The notes beneath the pieces are model-generated. The model saw only the letters and a program-made list of their open reading frames with translations, did no database searches and was not told where the DNA came from. The position numbers and the translations under genes were made by a program. Shown piece after piece: positions 38,686-49,113 of a stretch of DNA of 64,000 nucleotides (its first letter is position 1; each line of letters begins with the position of its first letter). This DNA comes from an uncultured Candidatus Binatia bacterium (GTDB lineage Bacteria > Desulfobacterota > Binatia > Bin18): positions 1,787,185-1,851,184 of the forward strand of contig OZ220487.1 of NCBI GenBank assembly GCA_965116085.1, written 5' to 3'.

Positions 38686-39800
38686 TCAAGGGAGCTTCGG
38701 CAGCCCGAGTTCGGACAAAAACACGTTGTGGGGTTGCTTTGCCTTGGTGATCTTGTCTTCCAGCGCTTCAAGCACGCGGTGCGTTCCGGCAAGATCAACC
38801 TCTTTTTCGGCCCCGGCGATGCTGACATAACGGGCGATGTTGAGATTGAAGCCCTTTTCTTCGATCTCATCCACTGCAACGCGCCGCGAAGCGGTCTTCT
38901 TCCTTGCGAAACCGCTAGGTTTCGACGATATCTGCGATATGGTCCCCGGTCAGTTGATTTTGACGTTTGCCCTTCTTGAAGCGGCCCGGCCCTGCCGCGT
39001 TGATGAACAGGACATCGTCGTGTTTCCTGCACCACTTCAGAACGAGGAGGCAAACCGGTATTCCGGTCGAAAAGAAAAAGCTCGCGGGCAAGCCGATGAC
39101 CGCATCGATGTGGCCGTCCTTCAGGAGCCTGGTCCTGATCTTCTCCTCCGCCCCGCCGCGGAACAAAACGCCGTGTGGCTGGCTGGTCGCCAGGGGGAGC
39201 CTTCCTGCTTCAGGTAGTGGAAACCGTGGAGCAGGAAGGCGAAATCGGCGGGCAGACCTGGAGGTGAGGCCGCAGTTCCTGAAACGGGCGTCCTCGCCGA
39301 GGGTTTCCGACGGACCCCAGCGATAGCTGAAAGGCGGATTGGCGACCACGGCATCGAAGCGCGGCATTCTGGCCGGGTGCGCTTCCCTCGGCATGTCCCA
39401 GTCATTGGTCAGCGTATCGCCGTGAAAAATCTCGAACTCCGTGTCCCTGACCCCATGCAGTAGCATGTTCATGCGGGCCAGGTTGTAAGTCGTGATGTTG
39501 CGTTCCTGTCCGTAGATCTTGCCGATGCCGTGCGGGCCGAGCCGGTTTCGCACGTTCAGCAGCAGCGAGCCGGAACCGCAGGCGAAATCGAACACGCTGT
39601 CGATATGATCCTTCCTGCCCAATGTCGGGTCCTGACTGTCGAGGGCGACAATCTCCGACAGCAGGATGCAGGAAATCTGTTGCGGGGGGTAGAACTCGCC
39701 CGCCTTCTTGCCGGACCCGGCCGCGAACTGGCCGAGTCAGGTACTCATGGACATCGCCCAGCGTATCATTGTCTGCCGAAAAACCGACAAGGCCCCTGGC
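38686..39800 (-). pseudogene. hsdM: Type I R-M methyltransferase subunit HsdM, multiply frameshifted and 5'-truncated
   Basis: Carries GEFYPPQQIS, FDFACGSGSLLL, VVANPPFS and a C-terminal EEKGFNLNIARYV, spread across at least three frames. Confidence 0.8.
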
Positions 39801-39829
39801 GACCTCCTCAATGACGCCACATAGCCTCG

Positions 39830-40037
39830 GCAGGAAAGTTGACCCGGAACGGTTCAGAAGCCGGGGCGCGACCGGGGCATGAGGGTGGTATGATCGCAAG
39901 ACCGCTCTCGCCATGGTCCTTCGTCTTATGATGTCCGCGAAGAGGAAGTGGCACTTTCCGGTGCTAATCAATTGCCCGAAGTCATCCAAGGGGTTGAGTT
40001 CAAAGACGGGATCAAGCAAGTTCAAGTCGTCGCCTGA
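39830..40037 (+). pseudogene. IS256-family transposase C-terminal fragment
   Basis: Carries RKTALAMVLRLMMSAKRKW, then with a +2 shift LSGANQLPEVIQGVEFKDGIKQVQVVA and a stop. Confidence 0.6.
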
Positions 40038-40135
40038 CCGTAGCCGTCACCAACTTTCGGTCATATCTCGCTGTCCCCTGCCCAGATCTTCAAAAAAGGC
40101 TTATTGCAGCAAATGTTTGTATAAGTGGGTACATA

Positions 40136-41175
40136 ATGAAAAAAACGGTTCTTATTCTCGGTGCAGGCTCCTCTGCTGATTACGGTTACCCACTATGGTA
40201 TGCATTGAAAAAAGAGGTGCTCGCATTCGATATAAATCGGGATCTAGCAGGCCTGCACCTATCGCAAAATGAGATAGCTTCCCATAAAGCGGCTTTCGAA
40301 GAGTTCAAGAAGTACTTAGATCGAGAACCTGATGCGACGCTAGATCGCCTTGTCTTTTTGATTGATCAACCAAAGTCAAAGCATCTTAGTCCGACAGGGC
40401 ACTTGATCCTCAATCTAGCCGGATATCTCCTCGTGCAAGTTGAGCGTCAAGGTCTTGATGGCCTGTGGGTCTCGGAATTTCAAACTCTCTTGGTAGACTA
40501 TTTGGCTAGTCTGAGCGGTCAGGCAGGCACTGGTCAGAATCACCTCCAAAACCTTACTATCGTATCTCTAAACTACGACCGTGTTTTTGAGCACTTTGTC
40601 AGTGCAGGATTTTATAAAAAGCTGTGCGCGCATCCTGAATATAACCCACCGGATCAGCGGTTTAGTAGCATTTTTCACACGAAAATGTGCTCTCAGTATT
40701 AAAACCCCATGGATACATCAGTGGGCTGGCTTACAATAACGGCGTGAAAGAGGCGGGGATGGACCGAGACTTGGTGATCTCAGGAGGGCATACGACGGGC
40801 ATTCGGTACCCCGGCAATGATCAAGCTATTGCGTATGGCAGCCCCCAAATTGCAACAAAGGAAACCTTCCTTCGGATGGGGCGCCATATGTATGTCGCAG
40901 GTGAAAGAGATATCAGCGACTATAATGTAGCGAATCAAGCGCTTCAAAACGCTGAGATTGTTTTTTGCTTAGGACTTTCTCCTGCTGGAATTTGCCAAAG
41001 TTCATTTAATTTTGGAGATGGTCAGACTGTTTACCTGTCAAACAAGGGCGAAGAACTTGACGAAATCGAGGCTTGTAAAGGCTCTGCAAAATTTCAATCT
41101 CTCGGAACAGCTACCAATCGGCTGAACTCACAAGATTTTCCAAACAAGTTTAAATCTTTAGTCTTTGAATCATGA
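40136..41175 (+). pseudogene. Stand-alone SIR2-like (SIR2_2) protein split by one frameshift
   Basis: Carries ILGAGSSADYGYP and SLNYDRVFE in ORF 40136-40702, and LKPHGY in ORF 40687-41175. The frames join at TTTTTCACAC (40671-40680). The region is AT-rich. Confidence 0.65.
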
Positions 41176-41286
41176 CCGTGAATCGGCATGAGAAATCGAT
41201 CCGCTGCACTCATTTCAAGGTTCGATTTTGTCTTCCAGTGTGGTTTTGTCCTTATCTGTTTTCTGAGGTATCACTGGTTTCATTTT

Positions 41287-41450
41287 CAATGTCGGCGGAG
41301 CGACATCGCTGTGGCGTTTGCTGTGCGCCGCCTGTAGCTCTCAACGTTCATCTCGAAGATTGTTGCGTGATGTATGAGCCGACCTATTGCGGCGATGCCC
41401 ATGGTTTTGTCGGGAAACACATCCTTGTCATCGACGAAGAAACCGAAGAA
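41287..41450 (-). pseudogene. IS21 IstB C-terminal remnant
   Basis: Own translation gives FPDKTMGIAAIGRLIHHATIFEMNVESYRRRTA, which matches the IstB tail pattern (DRL.HH...I...G.SYR). Confidence 0.45.
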
Positions 41451-41489
41451 CGAACGATAAAGTTAAGAGAGCGATAGTATAATGGCAGC

Positions 41490-42383
41490 GACCAGCGACA
41501 CCGGAACTCTGGAAATTCACGTACGGCGATGAAGAAGATAATACGATAACGGGGCTGGACACGCACCGCGATTCGATTTGGGGCAGGGGCGGCGACGATA
41601 CGCTGGACGGCGGCAACGGCGACAATACGCGGCGGGGCGGGGGACGACGAACTTGATGGCGGCGCCGACAACGACGACCTGCGGGGCGGGGCGGACAACG
41701 CTAGGCTTTGGGGCGGCAAGGGCGTCGATCTCCTGCTGGGCGGCGACGGCCATGACCGGATGTATGGCGGCGTCGGTGATGATGCGCTAATCGGCGACGG
41801 CAACGACATCCTGGCGGGCGGCGACGGCGGCGGACGTATTGGATGCGCCGAAGGCGAAGACTGGGTGTCCTACCGCAATTCCGCGGTGGGCGTTTATGTC
41901 AGCCTGGAGGACGGCGTCGGCAGGAACGGGGACGCCGCGGGCGATAAGCTGTCGAGTATCGAGAATATCGGCGGCTCCCTCAAGGACGACGAATTGTGCT
42001 GCGACCGGCAGGACAATAAAATCAGGAGTCTTTACGGCGGCGACGGGAATGACACGCTTTATGGCGGGGTCGGCCTTGACCGGATGCACGGCGGCGACGG
42101 CGATGACACGCTGAACTGCGGCGGTGCTGACACGTTCGTTTTCGAAGCCGGTCACGGGAACGACAGGATTGAGGATTTCGGGGATGGCGACCTCATCGAT
42201 CTGGAGGCGTTTGCCAACGGAAGCGGTGTGAACGACTTCACCATGACGGTGGACGGCGGCGTGCTCACCATCAACCTGACGGGCGTGGGCGGCGGCACCG
42301 TCGTGCTGGAGGGCATGCCCCAAGTGCTGACCGAAGAGGCTTCGTTTTCGTGTAAACCCGGGGCGTGTAAAACGGCGCTATAG
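41490..42383 (+). pseudogene. RTX-type calcium-binding repeat protein, 5' part frameshifted (intact ORF 41760-42383)
   Basis: Repeated GGxGxD nonapeptides (GGDGNDTLYGGVGLDRMHGGDGDDTL). The upstream repeats GGDDTLDGGNGDN lie in a different frame. Confidence 0.6.
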
Positions 42384-42672
42384 CGAAGCTACGGCAGTTG
42401 CGGTGGGTTGCCGGGCTGGTCCCGATATCAGGCCCAAATGGCCCGAAGCCGTGTGTACGCTCCTCCGTACGCAACAGTACACCGGAATCGGCAGCGGCCG
42501 GGAATACCCCGGCAAACATGCACAATGAATAAGGTGACGTCTTCGCGCGTCGCGTCTCGCCGGGCCGGTATTGAACCGCTGAGCGGCATATGCCCGTTCC
42601 GGTGACGTCGCTTGTGTTCAGGCAAGGTGTTTCGGGGAGAATGTTCGTTCGATCGGCCCCGCCCCTGATGCC

Positions 42673-42945
42673 GGCTACGTCCGCCCGCTCACCATCGACG
42701 CCAAGGTCGGGCGCGTCCCCAACGATGACCGGACCCATGACAACGCCCCAGCCTTCCGCGTCCTCGTAGGCAACGCCCGCATCGGTGACGCCTAGGATAC
42801 CCGGACGACGGGCGATCGCTCGCCATACTCTCTCCGCGTCCATCTCGACGCCCCGAGCCTTTCCGAGCCCTTCACCGCTGCCCTGCTCCCCTCCGAGGAA
42901 GGTGATCAAGCGCAACTCGTCTGGAACATGTGGCGGCAGGGATGA
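42673..42945 (+). pseudogene. DUF736-family protein remnant with in-frame TAG and missing N-terminus
   Basis: Own translation gives GYVRPLTIDAKVGRVPNDDRTHDNAPAFRVLVGNARIGDA*DTRTTGDRSPYSLRVHLDAPSLSEP... The TAG at 42793 sits where DUF736 proteins have Trp. Confidence 0.65.
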
Positions 42946-43028
42946 GCTGCCCCGATTTGCTCGATTCCGAAATCGTTCGCAAAAGACTTCAAAATATGAT
43001 AGGTTTTGCGCTCTATTTCGGAGGCGCT

Positions 43029-43300
43029 ATGTCGGACGCCGGGAGCTATATTGACGGACTTGCCGCGCGCGGCCGGTATCATTTCACGCCGGACGAAGCG
43101 CGGGAAGCGCTCGGCGGCACCAAGAACGCCGTCATGTTCGCGCTGCACCGGCTTGCCCGGCATGGGCTGGTGGCGCCCGGCGCACGGATTCTACGTCATT
43201 GTCCCGCCCGAGTACAGGCAATTCGGAGGCCTGCCCGCCGATCAGTTCATCCCGGCGCTGATGGAACAGCTTGGCCTCGGCTATTACGCAGGGCTACTTT
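43029..43300 (+). pseudogene. AbiEi-family antitoxin, frameshifted and 3'-truncated by an IS fragment
   Basis: Starts MSDAGSYIDGLAARGRYHFTPDEAREALGGTKNAVMFALHRLARHGLVA, then in another frame HGFYVIVPPEYRQFGGLPADQFIPALMEQLGLGYYAGLLSAA. Confidence 0.7.
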
Positions 43301-43728
43301 CCGCCGCCCCAAGATGCCTCTTGGGGGTCCAGCCGCCTCGGGACCGGCCGAGGGATGGGGGCCCGTTTATTTGAGTGCCCCCGTCCCGTCGGGATGAACC
43401 TTGACGAGGGGGTGGGCTCTCGACCGGGCCTCCAGCTTGAGGTGCCCGCTCGGGGCTCGGTGCCGAGGATCGCAGACCTGGGCGAGGACGCTGGGGGGCG
43501 AGCAGCGGGGCAGCCGAGGAGGCCAGCGGCCAAATCGGGGCGGGCACCCGCGCCCTTTGCCGCCCTGCTCGGCCACAGACAACCTGGCGGTGCGCCCGTG
43601 GCGATGGGACAGGCGGACAGGGCCGCGCGGCACCGGGAGAGGGGGCGCGATCCGTGCGTAGTGAGCTTGCGTGAGTTCCGGCCACCAAGGGGACCATCTT
43701 CATGCTCATGAGTGGTAACAGACCCTAG
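43300..43728 (-). mobile_element. 5' half of an IS5-family (IS427-like) element
   Basis: The end GAGTGGTAACAGACCCTAG lies at 43710-43728. Transposase N-terminal pieces are LSHRH...VAEQG.. and KVHPDGTGALK...GRSRGGWTPK. Confidence 0.7.
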
Positions 43729-43744
43729 TCCCATCCGGTATTCT

Positions 43745-45076
43745 CTAGCTTCTTTCAATCGCCTCGGTTTTGAAGCTGAAACTGCAGATTCGCGCGGTTG
43801 CGGCCTCCATCACTGAACCGTGGATGAATTCAGGGAAATCTTTCGGCAGCGAAGCTTCGAGGCGCGAGAATGCCTCTTCCGCCGCGTTTGCAATTTGCTC
43901 GATCGCGTCGGGGACAAGCGTTTTTGGCAGGCCGGCTTCTATCCCTGTCTGGATAAAATGCCGGGGATGAATATTGGTGAATCGGTAGTGGCGGTTCTTG
44001 CCGACCGACATGGCCAGCTTCATCTGCTTGCGATTGATCTGATTGCTATCGAGGCTCGGCTGTGCGGTCAGCACATCGTAGAGCGGTGTCAGATGAAAGC
44101 TGCCGCCCGGGCCGAGATATATGCTGAAGTTTTTGGCGTGGCCGTCCGTTGTGCCGAGCAGCCAGAATAGCAACTGCGCCTTGACGAAGACCATATGATC
44201 TTTTGCCGGCGTGTCGCTGCCTTTGAGAAGATCAAGGATCGTGACCATGCCGGGACCGCCGTCACTTTGGTATTTCAGTGGAGGGGGTACCGACAACGCC
44301 TGACAGCAATCTTCTTGCGGCAATCGCAGCAGCCGGCCATCTCTTGTCCAGCGACGATCGAAACGCTTGATGACGAGCGCCTTCGTTTCTCCGAAGGTTT
44401 TGATCTCGGCTTCGTTCACCGGAAGGCCAAAAGCCTCAATGAATTTGAGGCAGTAAAATTCGTTCTCCACGCTATTTGATAGATCGACTCCATTCGGCAA
44501 CTGACCGATCTGCGTTTTGAACAGATGCGTGGTTGGCGTCGTGCCGTGAGGCTTGATCCATTTGTCGTCATGCCAGAGGAGGGCGGTCTTTTCCTGTGCG
44601 CCCGCCACCGATATGCGAAACTCGTCGTCACGGTTCAGGCCCAACGGTGCTTGCGTCAGACTGCGAAGCAGCCGGTCTATGGCCTCGTCATCGACGACAT
44701 CGCCTTCGATCTTGCCGGTGACGTCAATCTCTTCATCGCCATCGGCTATGAATTGCAATGCCCCGACACAATCCCGGCCAATCGCAGCAAGCAGACTGTA
44801 GGCATCGGTTCTGCGGGCTCCGACCTTTTCGGCTACGCGGCGACGCAGCGCATAAGAGTCCGGTAGCAGGTTCTCGAAGACCGCGGCAACGGATTCGCCA
44901 TGGAAGGGCGTCTCGCGGAGAGGGAAAGAAAGGGAGACCGGTATGGCATGCTCCCATTCCAGCCAGCTTTCTTCATACTGAAAGCCGACCGCGCCACTTG
45001 ACGCTCTGGTCAGATGGCCGACCAAGCGGTTGTTCAGGAAAACTCGCAGCCGTGGACGTTGACGATGGCGTGGCAT
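43745..45076 (-). CDS. hipA: HipA-family serine/threonine kinase toxin
   Basis: Carries LRVFLNNRLVGHL, SVAGAQEKTAL, GHAKNFS and LTPLYDVL. ATG 45076 overlaps the hipB stop by 1 nt. Confidence 0.9.
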   Translation of the reverse strand: MPRHRQRPRLRVFLNNRLVGHLTRASSGAVGFQYEESWLEWEHAIPVSLSFPLRETPFHGESVAAVFENLLPDSYALRRRVAEKVGARRTDAYSLLAAIGRDCVGALQFIADGDEEIDVTGKIEGDVVDDEAIDRLLRSLTQAPLGLNRDDEFRISVAGAQEKTALLWHDDKWIKPHGTTPTTHLFKTQIGQLPNGVDLSNSVENEFYCLKFIEAFGLPVNEAEIKTFGETKALVIKRFDRRWTRDGRLLRLPQEDCCQALSVPPPLKYQSDGGPGMVTILDLLKGSDTPAKDHMVFVKAQLLFWLLGTTDGHAKNFSIYLGPGGSFHLTPLYDVLTAQPSLDSNQINRKQMKLAMSVGKNRHYRFTNIHPRHFIQTGIEAGLPKTLVPDAIEQIANAAEEAFSRLEASLPKDFPEFIHGSVMEAATARICSFSFKTEAIERS

Positions 45077-45327
45077 CAAAAGATGTCCTCGATGGCGTCT
45101 GCATGGGCTTTCGAGCGGGGCACGATTCTGAATTCCAGATCGAGCGCGGCGAGGATCGCTAGGATGGTTTCCAGCTTCGTGGCTGGATTACCTGTCTCGA
45201 TCAGGGAAATCGTCTCCTGCCGCAAACCGGCGATGTTGCCGAGTTCCGTCTGATTGAGGGCCCGCTTTTTGCGGGCGCGTTGTACGATGTTTCCGATCTG
45301 CTTCGGATTGCGTGCTAAATCTGCCAT
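45076..45327 (-). CDS. hipB: HipB-like XRE-family HTH antitoxin
   Basis: 83 aa with RKKRALNQTELGNIAGLRQETISLIETG. It lies immediately upstream of hipA. Confidence 0.85.
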   Translation of the reverse strand: MADLARNPKQIGNIVQRARKKRALNQTELGNIAGLRQETISLIETGNPATKLETILAILAALDLEFRIVPRSKAHADAIEDIF

Positions 45328-45374
45328 GTTGGTATTATGATTTAATTCCGATAGAAATGCAATATCGGATTTGG

Positions 45375-45395
45375 CGCATAATCTTATTTTATGCG
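45375..45395. promoter_or_regulatory. Inverted repeat CGCATAA-N7-TTATGCG upstream of hipB (candidate HipB operator)
   Basis: Read directly. A related half-site, GGAATTGGCGCATAG, lies at 45421-45435. Confidence 0.35.
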
Positions 45396-45926
45396 TTGAA
45401 TACTATAAATTTGGATTATAGGAATTGGCGCATAGTTGCGACCGGTGCGCTCAGCATAACCAGCCACAATCGAAGCATGAAACAAGCATCATTTCATGCC
45501 AAATATTCTTCCTTGTGCCATCATTTCAGTATGTCAAGGATGCTAACATCCAACCCAGTTGCTTGGAGACTGGCGAGACAACAGTGCGTCTTCGGTTTCT
45601 GTCAATCGGTTTTCAGTCTGACGGTCGCTCACGACTCGAGGCCGGTATTGATGGGATAGCCGAAGGAATGGATAATGGCCAGCCACTGCGCGTAGGATTG
45701 CCGTCCAGGTAAAGGCGACAATCCTGCTTCCGCAACCCCAAAAAGAGATTTTAATTCAACAAGTTGACGGCAATTTTCGATTTGGGCGGATCGACAGATA
45801 TCTTGTTTCGGAATGCATTCAGAATGAAATGTCTTGTGTGCACGCAGAGGATGGAAGGCAAGTGTCCGTGAGTAGGACGGGGCGTTGCGGGTCGACCGGG
45901 ATGGCGATTCGCCATAGGGTGCCGCC

Positions 45927-46987
45927 ATGTCGAGCGTCTTTCTTCTTCCGGCCCGTGAGCGGGATGTTCGTCGGGGAGCCTCCTGGAGACGCCGGGGGTT
46001 CCTCCCGGTGAGCCTTCCGGTGACACAGCACAATGCATTGTTCCCGGCGCTGGTCTCCGAGCCAGCCCGCGCCGCCGTGCTGCTCGCGGAACACTTGCCG
46101 CCAGAGGTAGCCGCTCTCCTCGACCCCGAGATCCCGCCCGAGGCGGTCGAAGGCAGCTTCGGCGACGAGGCCACCGCGCGGACCCAGTGCGACGAGCTCT
46201 TCCGGGCCAGGCTGAGGAGCGGTCACGATGCGCGCCTCTATGTGCTGCTCGGACACAAGAGCCGGGTCGACGCCGACACGCCGCTCCATCTCCTGAAATA
46301 CATGGTCAACATCAGGCGCCGTGAGATCGAGGACGGCGCCGCCGGGGACAGGCTGCCAATGATCGTCCCGCTGGTTTTCTACCACGGCCGGGGCCGCTGG
46401 ACGGCGGCGCGCCCGGTGTCGGGGATGATCGACGCGCCTGGGGAGTTGGAGCCGTTCGTCAGGGAGTTTGCCTATGTGGTGCACGATCTCGGGGGGAGAT
46501 TGCGCCCCGCCGGCTGTCGGTCTCGCCCGAGGTACGGGCTGGGCTCTGGCGCTCAAGGTTGTGCATACCGAGGAGATTCCGCCGGATCTTCTCGACCAGA
46601 TGACGGGCGGACCGGTTGCGGGAGCGCGTTCGAGCGTCATCTGGTGCGCTACATTGCCGAGCGCATGAACCTGACGCCGCCGTTGCTGGAGGCGTCGCTG
46701 CACCGGACGAAGCCGGATCGCCGGGAGGCGCTGATCGGCACGGTGGCGCAAGCCTGGATCGAACAGGGAATCGAGAAGGGAATCGAACGAGGTCGGAAGG
46801 AGGGCCGGAGACAAGCCTTGGCGGAGCTTCTTCGTCAACTGGCGCTGCGCTTCGGGGATGTGCCGGATGCGTCCGCGAACGGGCCCGCGACGCGTCGGCA
46901 GCCGAACTGGAGGCTTGGGCGGAGGCGGTGCTGGTGGCCGCGAGTCTCGGCGAGGTGCTGGCCGCCGAGGAATTGCCGGGCAGATGA
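45927..46987 (+). pseudogene. Rpn-family (YhgA-like, PD-(D/E)xK) recombination-promoting nuclease with local frame disruptions
   Basis: Carries HNALF, LLGHKS, PLVFYHGRGRW and ALIGTVAQAWIEQGIEKG. The segment 46491-46625 is readable only by passing through all three frames. The C-terminus ...AAELEAWAEAVL... is in another frame and ends at 46987. Confidence 0.75.
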
Positions 46988-47044
46988 CGAGATCGTGCGG
47001 ACCGTGTGCGCGTTGCGGCGGGAGCCGGCAATGCACCCGAACCG

Positions 47045-47155
47045 GGTCGCAAGCCGGCCTCGACGCGGCGACGGTCGGCGGCCTACACGGAGGTGGCGCT
47101 CACCCCATTGCGTTGGGAGGTCGCAAGCCGGCCTCGACGCGGCGACGGTCGGCGG
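47045..47155. repeat. Two perfect 37-bp direct repeats separated by 37 bp
   Basis: GGTCGCAAGCCGGCCTCGACGCGGCGACGGTCGGCGG occurs at 47045-47081 and 47119-47155. Confidence 0.9.
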
Positions 47156-47387
47156 GGCCATCATGGCGAACGCATGCCTGCCGCGGCGGGCCCGGTTATC
47201 CGGCATGCTTGCGGATCTGGACCGGCTGCGGGCGCCGGAGACCGGCAACGATTCGGCGGCCTGCGCGCAGAACCCCGCCCGCCGCTGAAGCGGATCGGGA
47301 CGGCATGTTCATGTGTCGTCGGACAGGGCAGCCTGTGGGTTTAGGGTCGGTGATGTCTTTTGACGGACAGCCTCTACCTGCCAGCGC

Positions 47388-48260
47388 TTATGGCCATTCG
47401 ATACGGGTTTGATCTCCCCAGGTCCAGATCGCCCCAGTGTTCTTCGGAGGTCGTCTTCCATAGTGGCGAGGGCGCTTGCGGGAACCTCCGCTTCGAAATT
47501 TCACCTCCACGACAAGTCCCTTGCCGACCCGCAGCCTGGGAACGACTTTGGTGCCGAGACGGTTCCATATCTCCGACGGCACGACTCCAGTCAGGCGCAA
47601 TCGGACCGGAGCGGCGGTCTTATGTGGTTCGTTTTCATTCCCGGGCTCCTGCTCGGCGTCGGGGCCGGGTGTGGGAAGCGTCGGCGTATCGGCGTCTGAC
47701 ACCAGTTGCGGCCTGGGCACGGTCGGTGCCTGAATCTCCTCGCTCCGGGCTTTGGTCAACAGGAATATGTTCGGTTCGAACGCGACTTCCTCCGCCCCGA
47801 CCGGCCCGGCATGCCAGATCCGTTCATACCCACCGTCCGCCATCGTGCCCGACGCGAGGCCGACGGCGCCGGTCCCGATGAATTCGACGATCCTGCGGCG
47901 CAGGACGGCATCTGGACCGACGAGCCGGGTCAGCGACCCGTCGAGGAAGCTCTGGCGCAGGCCGGTGAGCGGCCGGCCCGCCAGCCTGAGGGCGGATACC
48001 TGGTCCTGCATCAGGGCGATCAGGGGTAACACCACAACCGTGAGACCGTCCACGACCAGGGTGGGGACCTGGAAGCAGAGCGACTTGCCCGAACCCGTCG
48101 GTACCCCGGTGAGCGCATGGCGGCCATCAAGGAGCGCGTCGATCATCGCATCCTGGCCCGGACGGAACCCCGCGCAGCCGAAGACCTCCCGCAGCGCCTC
48201 TCGCACCGCGCGCAGCCGCCTTCCCTCTGGACTGGGCCGGCGCGTTTGCCCTTCCGACAA
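47388..48260 (-). pseudogene. Chimeric remnant: RecQ-like helicase N-terminal fragment joined to the C-terminal tail of an unrelated large protein
   Basis: Carries FGCAGFRPGQDAMIDALLDGRHALTGVPTGSGKSLCFQVPTLVVDGLTVVVLPLIALMQDQV, then unrelated ...LRLTGVVPSEIWNRLGTKVVPRLRVGKGLVVEVKF. Confidence 0.5.
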
Positions 48261-48299
48261 CGATTCGAACGGCGCACCCGGCGGGGTGGTGCTACCACA

Positions 48300-48956
48300 T
48301 GACGCTGCGATGTCCTCGGCAGCCGGTCCGGGGGGAGGCCTCCGGGTGTGCCGCGACCGTCCGATCAAGGAGGAGAGGCACCGTCCTGATTGGCCCGAAG
48401 AGACATGGGGAAAACCTCCTACCACGAATTGCCGTCCCGGACGATTGCCGCATACGCGGAGTTGGATCCACGTCGGAGCCACCCAAGGACGCGGACGCCG
48501 TGATCGGGAAAAACCGTACGGCAAGCCCCGCAAGGATATCCGGCTTCGGCTCACCCGAACCCCGAACACGGCATCGGGTATCGTCGGGCGCAAGGCATCG
48601 ACCCTGATGCCTCGACCTGCCGAAATGCTCCGGCGGCGTTTCGCCGACCCGCGCCGTCCGGTCGAGCAGGCGGCGAGCGTTTGGGGGCGAGGGGACGGTC
48701 GAGACGCAGTTTGCGCAACGTGCCGAGCACCGCTGCGACAGGGCCGTGGGGCACAGAGCGCACGATATCGAAGGCGTCGTGGCGGCCGACGAGGAGGGCG
48801 TCGGTGAGCAGCCGGCGCAGGATGGCGACCTTTGAGCCGGGCCACCTGGAGAGGTTGGCGAGGGTACGTTTTCGCACTTTGCCGTTTTCGCGCCAGCCTG
48901 CGCACAGGAGGAGGGCGGGGGGCGCGTTCCGGTTGGGGACGATGTCGATATACATG
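48300..48956 (-). pseudogene. IS1634-family transposase fragment, frameshifted
   Basis: Carries MYIDIVPNRNAPPALLL...ENGKVRKRTLANLSRWP and FDIVRSVPHGPVAAVLGTLRKLRLDR. The downstream part is degenerate. Confidence 0.65.
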
Positions 48957-49113
48957 GCAACGATAATAATCTGTTCCTTTGTTGCAGGAAAAAATGCGCC
49001 ATTACATGGGAACACTGTACAACTGCCTGAACGATATTTCCTCTTGCATGTCAACCTGTTGAGCGGGATACGACGGGAAATCCCGGGGGAACTTCAGATT
49101 AAAACCCGGCGTT

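Noticed and set aside
41172-41477. 101-aa plus-strand ORF downstream of the SIR2-like gene, considered as a possible partner.
   Set aside because: It is Cys/Phe-rich and implausible. The opposite strand encodes a recognisable IstB C-terminal remnant.
47045-47155. Possible minimal CRISPR array (37-bp repeat, 37-bp spacer).
   Set aside because: There are only two repeat copies, no leader, and no cas genes anywhere in the window. It is reported as a plain direct repeat instead.
47752-48807. 351-aa plus-strand ORF.
   Set aside because: It is antisense to the RecQ-like and IS1634 remnants and is Arg/Pro/Ser-rich shadow sequence.
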